DNA of 64,000 nucleotides from Negaprion brevirostris (Eukaryota). The stretch spans positions 21,826,989 through 21,890,988 of the forward strand of contig JARDVH010000110.1 in the NCBI GenBank assembly GCA_030324005.1. The letters run 5' to 3'. Numbering within the stretch: position 1 is the first letter of the stretch; each line of letters opens with the position of its first letter. Shown one piece after another: positions 25,585-38,639 of this stretch. A program made the position numbers and the translations under genes. The notes beneath the pieces were generated by a model. The model saw nothing but the letters and a program-made list of their open reading frames with translations. It made no database searches and had not been told where the DNA came from.

Positions 25585-25902
25585 TTAGAATCATAGATTC
25601 CTACACTGTACAGAAAGAGGTCATTCAGCCCATCGAGTCTCCACTGACAACAATCCCACTCAAGCTCAAAACCCGTAACCCTATGCATTTGCCTTAGCTA
25701 GTCCCCCTGACACTAAGGGGCAATTTGCATGGCCAATCCACCTAACCCAGACTTCTTTAGACTGTCTGAGGAAACCAGAGCACCCAGAGGAAACCTATGC
25801 AGACATGGGGAGAATGTGCAAACTCCACACACACAGTGACCCAAGGGAATCAAACCCAGGTCCTGGCACTGTGAGGCAGCAGTGCTAACCACTGTGCCTC
25901 CC
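25585..25902 (-). mobile_element. Full-length HE1 SINE, tail type A
   Basis: Minus strand GGCACAGTGGTTAGCACTGCTGCCTCACAGTGCCAGGACCTGGGTTTGATTCC, V-domain, TCTATGATTCTA tail. Confidence 0.9.
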
Positions 25903-26229
25903 TTGTTGTCTAGAGGTTTCAGACTCTGTTTGGAACAAAAGGTATATATTGATAATAAGAAACTTTTACAAGTCATTGCCTCCAATGGCTGCCTGGAGCA
26001 GGGCTCCAGCCTTCACATGTTTACTATGTGGCTGCCAGATGTATTCTAACCATAAGAGGATTTCAATCTCTGGAGCAATCACTCGTTCCCGGTTCCTCAA
26101 GCTAGGGGACAATCTCCTGTGTACTGCCAAAAAGAGTCAGACACCATAACCACTGCATTCCAATTCCTTTAAATTTTTACACTATCTCCAAAATAGGTTC
26201 CCTCAACCCCCACAAACTAAACTAACATT

Positions 26230-29200
26230 ATATACTCAAATTAGACATTTACAATCAATGTAGTGATTGTTCAAAAATGAAATCTTGAAGTTGACGTTTA
26301 ACATTACACTTTTACTTGTAAGCTTCACTAATGCCAACTCCAAATATAGTCTTGTCTGGGCCTCTCTACACAGGCTTGCTGCTTCCTGAGTTTTGTCACA
26401 GACTGTATGCTGATCCAGGATTGCATACATTACTTTACAGATAGTGTCACTCTCTGATCCTTTTCCTTGTCAAGCACCTTATTCTACAATACCTGCAGGT
26501 ACTATCATCATAAGACAACAAAGTCTCATGCCTTGACGGCTGATTCACAAACTTGCTGTGTCACTTGTGAAGGAAATGGTTGTGGTATTCTAAACTCCCT
26601 TCTCTTCCGAGCATTTCTAATCAGTATCTTTTGCAATTTTATTAAAGCAGCAGTGTTGTTCTGGCAAGTTATCTCAGTTTCTGTCTCTGTCTGAATTGCT
26701 GCTTTGTCCAAGTTTTCTCTGGTGGAAGCTCTTCAATCAGGTATCTTCATTTCCTAATCTCTTCCTCTTCATCTTCTGCCTCAATCCTGCTCTTGCTTAC
26801 ACTTGAGTTGTTCCTTATTCCAAATATCCTCTTCCGCCTCTGCTCACAAGTTCATTGCACTTGTCTCTACCAGTTGTAGTTTGATTTGAGCCCATTCCAG
26901 CCCTTTGCAAGAAATTTCCCATTAGCTGACATTTTTCACCAGCTTAACACTCTGAGAATGAACATGTTCCTTTTGCTCAGTTGAATCGAACTCTCCTTCT
27001 ACATTCATCTTCCCTCTTTTTGTTATCTTTATCAGACAGTTCTCCTGGATTGCTTACTGACTCCAACAGTTTTGATTTGATTTGATTTACTATTGTCACA
27101 CATATTAGTACACGGTGAAAAGCATTGTTTCTTGCATGCTATACAGATGAAGCATACTGTTCATGGAGAAGGAAAGGAGAGAGTGCAGAAAAGTTAAAAG
27201 TTTATTTATTTGTCACAAGTAAGGCTTACTGAAATGAAGTTACTGTGAAATTCCCCTAGTCATGTAGTGTTACGGTTATACCTAGGGTGTGGGTCATGTT
27301 TGGTTTTTGGGCCTGTCCATTGCCATGTGCTCCTCAGCATCCTCAAACACCAGGCATTTTCTGCCTATCACAGAATGCCAATTTCTCAAGTTCATTTGTC
27401 CATTTTACACCATTGGCAGTTTGATCACTTGATTTAATTTCTCAACGATTCCCAATAATGGCTCTGGTAAATAATAGCTCTGCTCTAATTTCTGCTTCAA
27501 CAGCACACTGGTTCTTGCAGTAGATTATATAGGATGTCTTGAATGATCACCATGAATCAAATCCTTGCTGTGTTTTCTTAGAGATTAGCAGTTCTCTCAC
27601 CCAAACTGATAGCGTCTATAACATGGGATTTCCTTGGCTCAACTCGAGTTCCATGTTATGACCTCTGTTGCTCAGTTCCACTTGATGTTTCTCTCAACCT
27701 TTCTTTCTCTTTATTCACATAATCCTGCTCTAATTCCAGTTATTTCACCACTTGTCGGTGAATGTTGTACTGTTTCTCACTGGCTCGAAAGGATTTCCTA
27801 GTAACTTATGACTTTTTCAGATGGCTTGTTTCTCCTAACCTCGGTAAACTGGGCTTCTTGTCATTTAGATTAGGGCCACGTCTTTTTACCTTATTTCCTA
27901 TTTGCTGTAGTTCTTGGTTAAATCTATTTAACTCTTTTCTCTACTGTTACTACTTCTGCTATGGCTTGTCTTATTTTCATACTGATTACAGACTTATCGT
28001 TTGCTTGCAGCTCATTGCTAAAACTTTGAGGGATCTTCTCATTCGAGTACAAAAAGACAGGACTCATCCTAATCTTGCTGACTTCAACTCTTAAATTAGT
28101 CAATGAGGGTCTCTGTTGCACTCTTTCTGGGTTTTCTCTGTGCCCTCCTCCAAAGTCTCTATCTCAATGCTCTATCCCCTCTCAGCGGTTTCTCAGTACC
28201 CTCCTTTCAAGAAATATTTTCTGTTCACTCTGTGGCTGGTGTTGCCTCTTCCTTGATGTCTTAATTTCATCCACTGAGGTTTTACATTGCTTATGGATCC
28301 CCTTTTTAGAGTTCCTCTCTATCTGGGGTCTTCTCTATTTTTCTCGTCCTTCATCTTTGTTCCTTCTTGTAGTTGTTGCATTAAATGTTATACAACTCCA
28401 AGTGCATTATCTCTTTAAATTTCTTACTGCTTTAAGACAGATTTAAGACTGTCAGCTTTTTTTTAGCCTGTCAGCAACTGCCTCCTCTCTGTTTATTCCC
28501 TACATATCTGGAGTTTTGGCAGGAATCTGTAGCTCCCTCTCTGAACCTTTTTAGCAGTTGTAATATTTCTCTTTTCTTTTTCAGAAGGCTTCTCAGCGAC
28601 TTTTGCAGTTTTTTTTAATGCTTTTAGCCGCCTGGAAAGTCCATTTTTTTTATCATAGTGCAGGTTTCCCTTTTTAATTCCACTATAAGTTTTAGCTAGT
28701 ACTGTCTGCTCGGGACCATTATTATTTAAAAAAAGTTTCCATTTCTTTATCTCCCAAACAAATGGAGGTTTTTCTCCTACTCCAAAACATAAAACCCCAC
28801 TGCCTGCAGTTCCACAGTGCTGGGACCCCTACCAGGGGCTACCTCCCCACCCCCACACCCTTCCTGTTCAGATCATGAACTGAGAGTTTCAGCCTCTTTA
28901 TTTTCCCACAATTTTGAAAATGATCCTGCGTTTTTCCCTTCTATCTCCTTTTAGCCCCTGAACCTGTCCAACTGCAGTAAATCTCAGCCTTCTATCCAGT
29001 TTCTTCTTTCAAAGTCCAAAGCACAGTCTGTGTATCTCTTCTTTTTACTTCAAACACAACTCTGTTTCCTTTGTTTTCCATCTTTCCACGGGAAAAAAAA
29101 CCTATAGCAGTCCCTGACCTTCGCTTTAGCGTAATGTTTACTTCTCTTACTCTTAAAGGCTCTCTGAGCCTCTTCATCTTCAGCCAGGCACTCGGCCAAA

Positions 29201-29563
29201 CATCCCTCTTTGCCAAAGTTCAATTAAATTGAATACTTAAAGCTAAACTGTACTGTCAATATTTGCCCACCTTATTGCCAATATGTAATAGCGTTGCGCA
29301 CTTTGGATGTCACCAAGAGGCTTTGGACTTTGTTAGGAACAAAAGGTATTTACTGAGAGCAGGAAGCTATATATAAATGATTGCAGCCCACTCCCAGGCA
29401 ACACTTCTGCCTTTATGTGTTGACAACATGGCTGCCGCATGTATTCTGATCGAGAGAGCACTTCACCCTCTGTTGTAATCACTTGGTCTTGGTTCCTTCT
29501 GGTTCCTCAAGCCAGATGACACCCTCCTGCTTTGCTGTCTTAAAGACACAGAAACCACAAACA
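26230..29563 (-). mobile_element. LTR retroelement remnant: ~280-bp LTR (29284-29563), PBS, long leader, decayed E/K/R-rich ORF
   Basis: Minus-strand LTR TGT...TTACA followed by PBS-like TTGGCAATAAGGTGGG; strongly A/G-skewed minus strand with coiled-coil-like peptides; left boundary uncertain. Confidence 0.55.
27072..27290 (-). mobile_element. LINE 3' end with (TCAAA)n tail containing an HE1 type-B tail (27195-27260)
   Basis: TTTGATTTGATTTGATTT...; inner TAAAAGTTTATTTATTTGTCACAAGT...GAAGTTACTGTGAAATTCCCCTAGTC. Confidence 0.6.
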
Positions 29564-29774
29564 CTGCACTCACTCAACCACCCTTTCAGGCAGCGAGTTC
29601 TGGACTCCCACTACCCTCTGAGTGAAACATTTTCTCCTCCAACCCCAAAATCCCCACTTAGCTGTCTACTTCTTACGGTAAATCAATGTTTTACCTGGTT
29701 ATTGACCCTTGCTGTGAACCCTTCACTTCATAAGACCCTCACTTCAACTTTAAGTCATTAAATGTGCATGCGCA

Positions 29775-29777
<3 letters not shown>

Positions 29778-29807
<30 letters not shown>
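29778..29807. repeat. (TG)n microsatellite
   Basis: About 14 TG units read directly. Confidence 0.95.
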
Positions 29808-29811
<4 letters not shown>

Positions 29812-32800
29812 AAATGACTGTCTTTATTTTTAAACTCATGAAGACTTGCTGCTGAAGTAGTTAATTGGAAGACACACTCCATATTAAACATGCTGATTAT
29901 GAGCAGTAAGAGAGCAAATGTCCATAGTACTCCTCCTCATTCTTCCAATCAAAATATATCACTTCAATCTTTTTGATGGTAAGTTTACTCTGCCATGTTT
30001 CTGTTAATTTCATCAATCAGTCCATGTTCCCCTGGATCTGTTGCTATGTTCAATTTTTTTTATATTTCCAATGGCCTCTGTCACCTGCAAACTTTGGAAT
30101 TATGTCCTGTGTACCCAGTATGTTTCAAAAAAAATGCAGTGCTCCTGATAATGACTCCAGAGAACACCACTGTATACCTCGATCCATATAACAACCATTC
30201 ACTATTACTATCTGTCCCTTAGACAATTTTGTATCCATGCTAGGACTGTACCTTTAATCCCACAGACCTCAACTTTGTTAACGAGTCAATGTTTCGGTAC
30301 ATTATCAATCATCTTTTGAAAGTGCACGTACAGAAAATCATCTGCCTGACTCTCATCTCCCCTTTTTGGTACTTTATCAAAGAACACAATAAAGCTAGTT
30401 AATGCAATTAGCCTTCAAATCAGTCATTTTTTAAGATGTCATTTCTTTTCTTCCCTCCCTTTGTTTTTTTTTAAACAAAAAGCCTGTGTTGTTCGCTTCT
30501 TTGCTGTGAGTCTTTTTCTTGTTTACAGTGGCTGTTGAGACACTGCTGTGACATGCTATTTTCAGACTGCGGTAGAACATTGTTCTGCCTTTTGAATCCA
30601 TTCAACTGGCTACAGAATTACGGAGATGCATTGCTTAATAAAATATCCCTGGCCAGTCAGACATCTGCAGCTCTTCACTGCTCAGCAACACCACTGGAGA
30701 GCAGGTTGCTGCTGCTGGCAATGCGCTGAGCTGAGGCCCAGGAACACTGAGGGACCCTGGCCACAGGTGAGAGATGGTAGGAGGGGATTACAAAGTGGAG
30801 GTCATCAGAGAGAGGAAGAGGATGGTCAGCAGCAGAGGCAGGTGAGGGTNNNNNNNNNNNNNNNNNNNNNNNNNNNNNNNNNNNNNNNNNNNNNNNNNNN
30901 NNNNNNNNNNNNNNNNNNNNNNNNNNNNNNNNNNNNNNNNNNNNNNNNNNNNNNNNNNNNNNNNNNNNNNNNNNNNNNNNNNNNNNNNNNNNNNNNNNNN
31001 NNNNNNNNNNNNNNNNNNNNNNNNNNNNNNNNNNNNNNNNNNNNNNNNNNNNNNNNNNNNNNNNNNNNNNNNNNNNNNNNNNNNNNNNNNNNNNNNNNNN
31101 NNNNNNNNNNNNNNNNNNNNNNNNNNNNNNNNNGGTCGTCCCTTCACTCTGACACTGTGTCCTCAGATCCTAGTTTCTTCTACTAATGAAACGTCTTCTC
31201 CATGTCAACGGTATCCAGGCCTTTCAGTGTTCTGTAAGTTTCAATGAGATCCTCCCCACCCTCATCCTTCTAAACTTCATCAAATACTTCCCCAAGACCC
31301 AGACCCTTAAGTAGACATCCTTTTGGATGAAGGATTCTCCCACAAAGTTTGCAGAAAACCTTTTGCACTCTCTGCACGATGAGTTCCCCACCCACTGCTG
31401 GACAGATAAGAGCAGCAACTGGACAGGGAAAGACCTCAATTGACGGTGAGGTGAGAAGGTCATCTGCAAGCCTTCCAGGTTTATGAGATAGATAAGTGGC
31501 AGATGCACTTAGAATTGTCAAATCAGTGAGACTAGATTGTGTGGATTGCCTGCTAAATGGAAATGTGCCTGTAATGTGACAAGAGCTAAAGAAAATCAGT
31601 GGAATGTTGTTACAGAGCTTGCTAAAATCAGAAATGAAGTGCAATCAGGAATTGGGAAAGTGAACAGAATGTTAGATTGTATAGTTAGAGGCGTAATTTA
31701 TAAGACAATAAAAGTTTCACCTAATTTTAGTGGGATCACACCTGGAGAATTGCATGCAGTGAGACCATGCCTGGAATTTTATAGTTTCCATGTCTTTAAA
31801 ATAATATCTTTAATCAATACTTCTGGATTTGTGTGCCACAATGATGATTTGTTTGCATTTTGGTGTATTGTACTGGTTTAGGTAGCTTTGGAAAGTTCCA
31901 TTCTCAACACCACTTAGGAAAATTACCAATAATAGCAGGGCCAGTAATGAGCCTTGTGGCACTATATGTTAACAACTGTCTCCCTTCCTGACATGTCCCC
32001 ATGCAGTACTGCCCCTGCCTCTTGTCTAAGACCAAGCCAATTGATAATTTTAGTTAATACATTGTCATTTCTCAAATGGGCCTGATTGTGTAACAGAGTG
32101 TTAAACATCTCTCTGGAATTCAGTTGTCAACAACATCTATGTCTCATCTCTATCTCTTATTTCCTCAAGTCAGAAAGTGAATTCACCCAAAAGACACTTC
32201 TCTGCTCAAAATACATTGTACTTTATTTGAAACCAGGTAAATTTTTTTCAGACATACAGTTGAAGGCATATTTTCCTTTAAACTCTAAGATTATAATTGG
32301 GAAGAGTGGCGATAAGTCTTGGTAAAGGGAAGACAATAAATAAGCAAAATTTACTGCTTCTAAAACTAAGTCAACGAACCGTAATCAATCTTTGTACTAA
32401 AAGATCATTGCTCACCTTACTTTCAAGCAAGGCTTACAGGAATTCAAATTTATAGTTTTGTTCTTGACCCTTTTTAAAAATAAGTGACAAAGTTCAAATG
32501 TGATTGTTGAAAAGTTCATAAATTATGTAGTTCAAAGGTCTTCTTTCGACAGACTGTTTGTGCTTTTTAAAATATACTTCTGGCTAATTTTTGTTGGACA
32601 AAGTGAGCTGATATCAGTGGCATGAAGTATACATTTTTTTCTTCTCTGGCAGCTTGTGTCCATCTAGAGAGGTCCCAACTCTGGTTTAAGAGTGCATTCA
32701 CGCTACAATTGTATCATTGCTAAATGGTGGGGAGAGGTGCCTTAAATGCCATTGAAGAGAAAGATTTGGGAAGGAGTTTCACAGGACAGAGATATGAAAC

Positions 32801-33189
32801 AAAACTTATGCAGTGAGTGTCTAGGATTTGTTGCCTACTCTTGTTCCTATTTTTTCTGGTCTTATGAGTTGGAGAGGTGGCGATAGGAGAAAACGTTTTC
32901 TCAGAAAGGATGTTTTGAACATTGGTCCATTCATTTACACTGGCTAACCACAGTTAGACTAGAATTTAGCTGCAGCAACAATTCCAGGGCAAGCATATAA
33001 GAACACCCTGCATATCTGGCTCAAGTCTCTGACCCTGATCTCATAGTCAGAGACATTGGCAATATGTTCAAGGCAGTGGAAATCAGCTCATCGGATATTT
33101 AAACCACCCATACAATTTCCGCATATGCACATGCGCCAGAACTTCTGCAGGGTCCTGACCCACAACAGCGACATAAGTGGAGATTTCAG

Positions 33190-33540
33190 TGCTCTGGATT
33201 GCAAACAATTTGGATCACAGTGTCTCAGTGATCTCCCTCGTGCAACAGTGAGCAGCAAAAATGAAGATTTGTAAATATCACCTGTCCCAGCCTGAAAGGA
33301 GTGAAATGCATACATTTTCATCACCACAAACACCTTCACAGCCACTGACAAGGCTGTCCTTGCTCTGCTCTGAGGCTGTAGCAACAGTTGACAGATTTCA
33401 GTGGAGACCTCCTTTGTAAAGTGGAGATGTTTGACCACTATTTCTCACAGAATTTCATTTTAGCGAATTGCTTCTCAAACATTGTGCATAGGTATGACCT
33501 CCTGCTTTCCTCTTCCTCCTCCTCTTTCAGCAACCTATCA
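33190..33540 (-). mobile_element. Harbinger (HARBI1-type) transposase remnant
   Basis: HLHFTKEVSTEICQLLLQPQSRARTALSVAVKV...YAFHSFQAGTGDI, matching the HARBI1 HTH region. Confidence 0.8.
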
Positions 33541-34822
33541 TGCTCCGTCTGACCTCTGCTCATTCTGCCTCTCAGTACGTAGGTCAAGGGGAATGAAAAC
33601 TATTGCACCCGTGTCTGGAGCAAATGGTTTGTGCAGAATGCCAAACGTCAGCATGCGCCATACCAGTCTTTGTGGACTTCAGCAACTTTAAACATCTCTG
33701 AAAAACAACACTTTAACAGTTGCGATAAGAACCAATAGAAATTATTCACCAGCTAGTCGGAAAGTTGTTGAAGGTTCCTTTAAATTGAACTGGTGGGGTT
33801 CCTTCCTTCTGCTGACTGCCATTCATTTGTGTGAAGTTAAGAGAAGGAATTAGCTGAAATATTGAGCTCCAGGATAGCAAAAATCTGACTATTCTACCTA
33901 CTGACTTAGAATTTCCTTCACACAAAGACCTCATCAGAGTTGTGTCTGCCACAGCTGCCAAACAGAGTACGTACATAACTTTGCAGATGGCATTTTGGGG
34001 GCAGTAAGCCCCTATAGCACCAAAAAAAGCAAGTGATTCTGTGCTAAATTTCATAGCCTCCATATTATAAAATTGTAATGTATATCAGCCATTGGTTTAT
34101 TGGAATTTATAATGCACTGTGAATAAATTTTATTCTGAGTGATGTATCTGAGGGAAAATATTTCTTTAATTTCTGTACAGATGCTATGATTTTCAGATTG
34201 AATTATTTTGTTTAAATTTGCAGAAATGTGGATGCCCTCATGGTTGAGAAATTCAAATCTGAAATGGGATGGTATCTACCTCAAAACTATTCATTTAGTT
34301 TAGCATAAAGAAAACATTTTCTGACAACTTTCAAGGAAGAATGTAGCAGAGACTGTTGGAATTTATGCAAAAACACAAATTTCTGTCCAAAATTAATTTT
34401 TGACTTACTTGAAACAAGTTGAAGAGTTTTCAGACAGATAGGTAAATTTAATTTCTAAGATTCTAATTAGGAAGAGTGGTGTTTGGTCCTAGGAGAGGCA
34501 ATGACCCACTTCCTCCTCCTTTGTGGCTTATCTTCAGTTGTTGCAATAAGATAAATGTTTTCAAACAAGTTTATCTACAACTGCAGAGTATTGCACTTAT
34601 TCCCCTGCCTTTTTAATGTGTTGTTAGCAACACTGCACGAGGAATTGTTCTCATAGTTGGAAAAACCACACAACCACAAGGCATAAATGATATCAATGTG
34701 CACAACCAATGTAGATTTAAATCTTCTGCTTACCATTAAGTCTAAAAATTGTGTAATACTTTGAATTAGAAATGTCTTTCACCTTTGCAAAATGTACAGA
34801 GGGGAAAGAAAATAAAACATAA

Positions 34823-34949
34823 TGGCTGGAATTTTACCACCCCGCCTACCACAGGAATCGAAGCAGCAAGGGGCAGACATTGGGAAGGTTCGTTGACCTT
34901 GAGTGGGATTTTATGGTTTCGGGACAAGCGAGGCTGTAAAATTCTACTC
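34823..34949 (+). mobile_element. Short MITE; related copy at ~36330-36417
   Basis: Imperfect TIRs GGCTGGAATTTTAC / GTAAAATTCTACTC. Confidence 0.65.
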
Positions 34950-37749
34950 CTTATTTTTAATCTTTAAAGATTATGTTGTGCGGCCCATTGAAAAATCAAA
35001 GGTCAACAGTAAATCTTGTAAATGTCTAAGGTCCGCTGCATTTTAAATTATCTATATTAGTAGAAATACACTGATTGAATTTGTTTTGATGTTCTACTTA
35101 TTCTGGGAAACAAGCACTGCTACTCAAAAGTATGATATATTGAACACCATGTTTTATATAATATGTTAAAACAACATGCTATTTATAAAAACTATCTGAT
35201 TTTAATTCTGTTATCAACACTAGGTTATGGTTGCTTAGACCTGTTGTAAGACCATTTTTGAAAATAAGAAAGAGATATGATGTTATTTAGAGGTTTCACT
35301 GAATATAGTTCCAGTCAGAAACAGGTTCATTTTACCTGGATAGATCTGCATCAGTGTTCCTTTCTTCTTTGGATTAACTATCATCAGTTCTTCCCTGCTT
35401 TCCTTTATTCTGTTTTCATAGAATGAATTATACTGACAGAAAGAGGCTATTCCTTTTGTTGAATCTCTGCTGGCTTTCTGCAAGAACAATTTCGCTGGTC
35501 CCACTCCTTGATCTTTCTCTGTAGACCTGCAAGCTGCTTCCCCAATCTCCTTTTGAAAGCCACAATTCAATCTCCTTCCCCCACAAACTCAGGGCAGTGC
35601 ATTCCAGATTGTAACTACATGTTGCATAAAAAAAAATTCCCATCTCACCTTTGATTCTTTTGTGAATCGCTTTGAAACCATGTCCTACCATTTCTCCTGT
35701 AAAATGGAAAGGAGTCGCGGATGATAGTCAGTCTAGGAGCTATGCGGACCTCACGGCTTAAAGTCAGAGATAAGAGACAATGCAGAAGAGCAGTGGGCAG
35801 GCGGCAGGAGCAATGATTGGAAGCATGGTGTACTTAGCTGCAGGGAGGGGCAAGAGCTGTGTACTCTGCAGGAAAACAATGTTTGTGGGATGTACTGCAG
35901 GGGGAATAGTGATGGTGACTGGGAATATATACAGCCTGTAAATAGAGAAGACCTACAAGAGGAAGGCACATGCAAAACTGCCATGGTGGAGAATCATCTC
36001 TGTAGATGGCAGAGTACACAGTCTCCAGATTGAGTGGGTAGAGGTTGACGTAGGGCATGAGTGCTTTGCACGTGATGGTTTGGGGCAGAGGAGATGGGGT
36101 CTACCATTGGGAACCATTTTCTCTCTACTAGTCTGATTGGACCTCTCATTACTTGAGTACCTCTGTCAAATCTTCTTTCAACCTTCTCTCCTCAAAAACA
36201 AACAATCCTAGCTCTTCACATCTCCTCACATCCCTCATCGCTGTAACCATTCCAGTAAAGCTTTGTCAAACTCTCTCTCAAGTCTTCTATCATTCCTTAA
36301 GTGCAGTGCCCAGAATTGGATGCAGTGAATGGTGTTTTCCTGCCCTGCCCACCACAAGAAGTGTCACGAGAGGGGTGGACAATTTGACAGACCAGCAATA
36401 GATTAAAATCCTGCCCAATGTTCCAACTGAGGCTGAGTTTGTGTTTTGTACAGAGTCATTATAATTTCCTTACTTTTGTACTCTATGCCTGTTTGTAAAG
36501 CCAAGGTCTAGTTTCCCTTTCCAATCATTTTCTGAATCTGCCCTGCCACCTTCAATGACTTGTGTGTACATACTTTTCCTTTAAAAAAAGTTATCTTGTA
36601 AAGCTTTCTTCTATTGCTATTTTTGTTTTTATTTGGATGAAATGTCACTTAGCAGAACCTCGTCTGGAAGAGAATTGCTTCTATTGACACAAACATTCTG
36701 ACAAGAGGAATCACTTGTGATATGGAACTGTGCAGCTGCATGTTTTTTCTCATGAAATGATTTTGAAATGGTCCTACTTATCCAGCCTTGTCTTTGAGCT
36801 GCAGTTGTTGTGCCACCTTTGATGCACCTTATGGGTATAATGAGGATTTTGTGGACTGTGCACCTGATGAATCTTGAGAAAAATGGCAAATGTCTGATAA
36901 CCTCATTTGTAAATGTATTTGTAACAAAATCAACTTGTTACACAGTCACACGGCCAACAGATAGATTCCCATGATCCAAATTCAGTAGAGACCTCTGACT
37001 CCTGGTATGCATTGTCACCAATATCTTGTTTTGTATCACATTGTGGAAGAGGCTTTACAGATGTGAGTAAAGTATTGATTCAATCTGTGAGAGCATTGCA
37101 GTTCCAAGGTCTTCAAGGCAGAAGGCCAACAGTCTAGAAAATCATCCTGATTGAAGTAATTTGTGTTCCCTGGTACAGGATTACAACATGTTGTTAATAT
37201 CATCTGAAGTGCCAAGCACCAGTAATGGACAGCATGAACTGTTTCAAGATAGTAATGCCATCTGTTTTTCCTTGGAGTAAAGCTCCAATTGGATACGTAG
37301 TTAGTATATTCAAATTCAGGCAACTTCATTTCCTGTCAGTCATTAAGATATAAAACCTAGCAAATTGCAGTCAAGTTACAAAGGAGCACTCCATGCAAAA
37401 TAAATCATTTGAAAAGACTTGTCATCTTTGTTCATCATTACAATTAGATGCAGCTTATTAAATCTAGAAATGAATTAAATCTAGAAATGAATGAGGTGTA
37501 TTTTATTTTCCCATTTCTGCTTTTTAAAAGACACTCTCACAGCAATAAATCATGTTTGTATGAGGAAGAATATTTTTTACTCCTTAATACTGTTATTCAG
37601 ATTAGCTAAATTATTAGGATTTTCCTTAATGCATTTGCATGGTATTCTTTTATCTGTATTTAACAGAGACATAACTGAATTTAAATAATTGCTTGATTGA
37701 CACACCATCTATCACCTGAAACACTTACTCTCTTCATCTTTGCTAGGCA

Positions 37750-38110
37750 CTTTCACTAGGTGGCAGCAGTGTGTACTGTCTACAAGATGGACAGCAGCAA
37801 CTCACCAAATTTCTTTCGTCAGCATCTTCTATGTACCCAACCTTTTCTGTCTAAAAGTGTAAAGACAGTTGATGCATGGGAACACCCCCACCTGGAAATT
37901 CTCTTCGAAACTGCACACGATCCTGACTTGAAAATATGTTGCCACTCCATCACAGCCACTGGGTCAAAAATCAGCACAATGAGTGTACCTACACCAGATG
38001 GACTGTAGTTGTTCAAGGAGGTGGCTCACGACTGCTTGTTAAAGAGCCATTAGGGATGGACAACAGTGCTGGTCTTGCCAGTGATGCTCACATTTCATAA
38101 AAGAAAACAT
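37750..38110 (+). mobile_element. 3' UTR of a second CR1/L2-group LINE family
   Basis: GTGGCAGCAGTGTGTACTGTCTACAAGATG... and tail ATTAGGGATGGACAACAGTGCTGGTCTTGCCAGTGATGCTCACAT. Confidence 0.7.
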
Positions 38111-38639
38111 ATAAATGAGTTAGCATTTCTTGTACNNNNNNNNNNNNNNNNNNNNNNNNNNNNNNNNNNNNNNNNNNNNNNNNNNNNNNNNNNNNATGAT
38201 GCCTAGGCTGTGATTTGTCTTTAGCGTTCTTTCATGCAAAGACTGTCAGATATTTTGCTCCAGATTATCTTACTGTTCTTGAATGTAATAAATAATGCAA
38301 TACTCGAAAGTTAAATTGGCAAATCCATGTGTAACCTAGTTATTAACGCTATAAAATACTTTTGTCATGAGTTCAAACAGTCCAAAACCTACCTGATTGC
38401 CAAAAATCTACTTTTGATACAGGAGAAACATCTCAAACACACAATGCAGAGAAAAATATTTGCTTTAGGTTGATTCTGTTAAACAAATGGGAAACCAATA
38501 TGTGGAAAAATGCATTTCCAACTTAGAATAAAAATAATTTATTATGTATTCATCTTAGTAAATATATAATTACAGTACCCTGACCTTTGCTAGTACAATT
38601 ATTTCAGTTTTATTTTTACTGATTTTTTTTCAGGCTATT

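Noticed and set aside
30574-30586. AGAACA-TGTTCT as a glucocorticoid/androgen response element
   Set aside because: Spacer is 1 nt, not the required 3.
15618-33871. Similar ~45-bp segments at 15618-15661 and 33828-33871
   Set aside because: Most simply two copies of an old dispersed repeat.
34224-34441. AG...GT-bounded exon-like segment
   Set aside because: Stop codons in all three frames.
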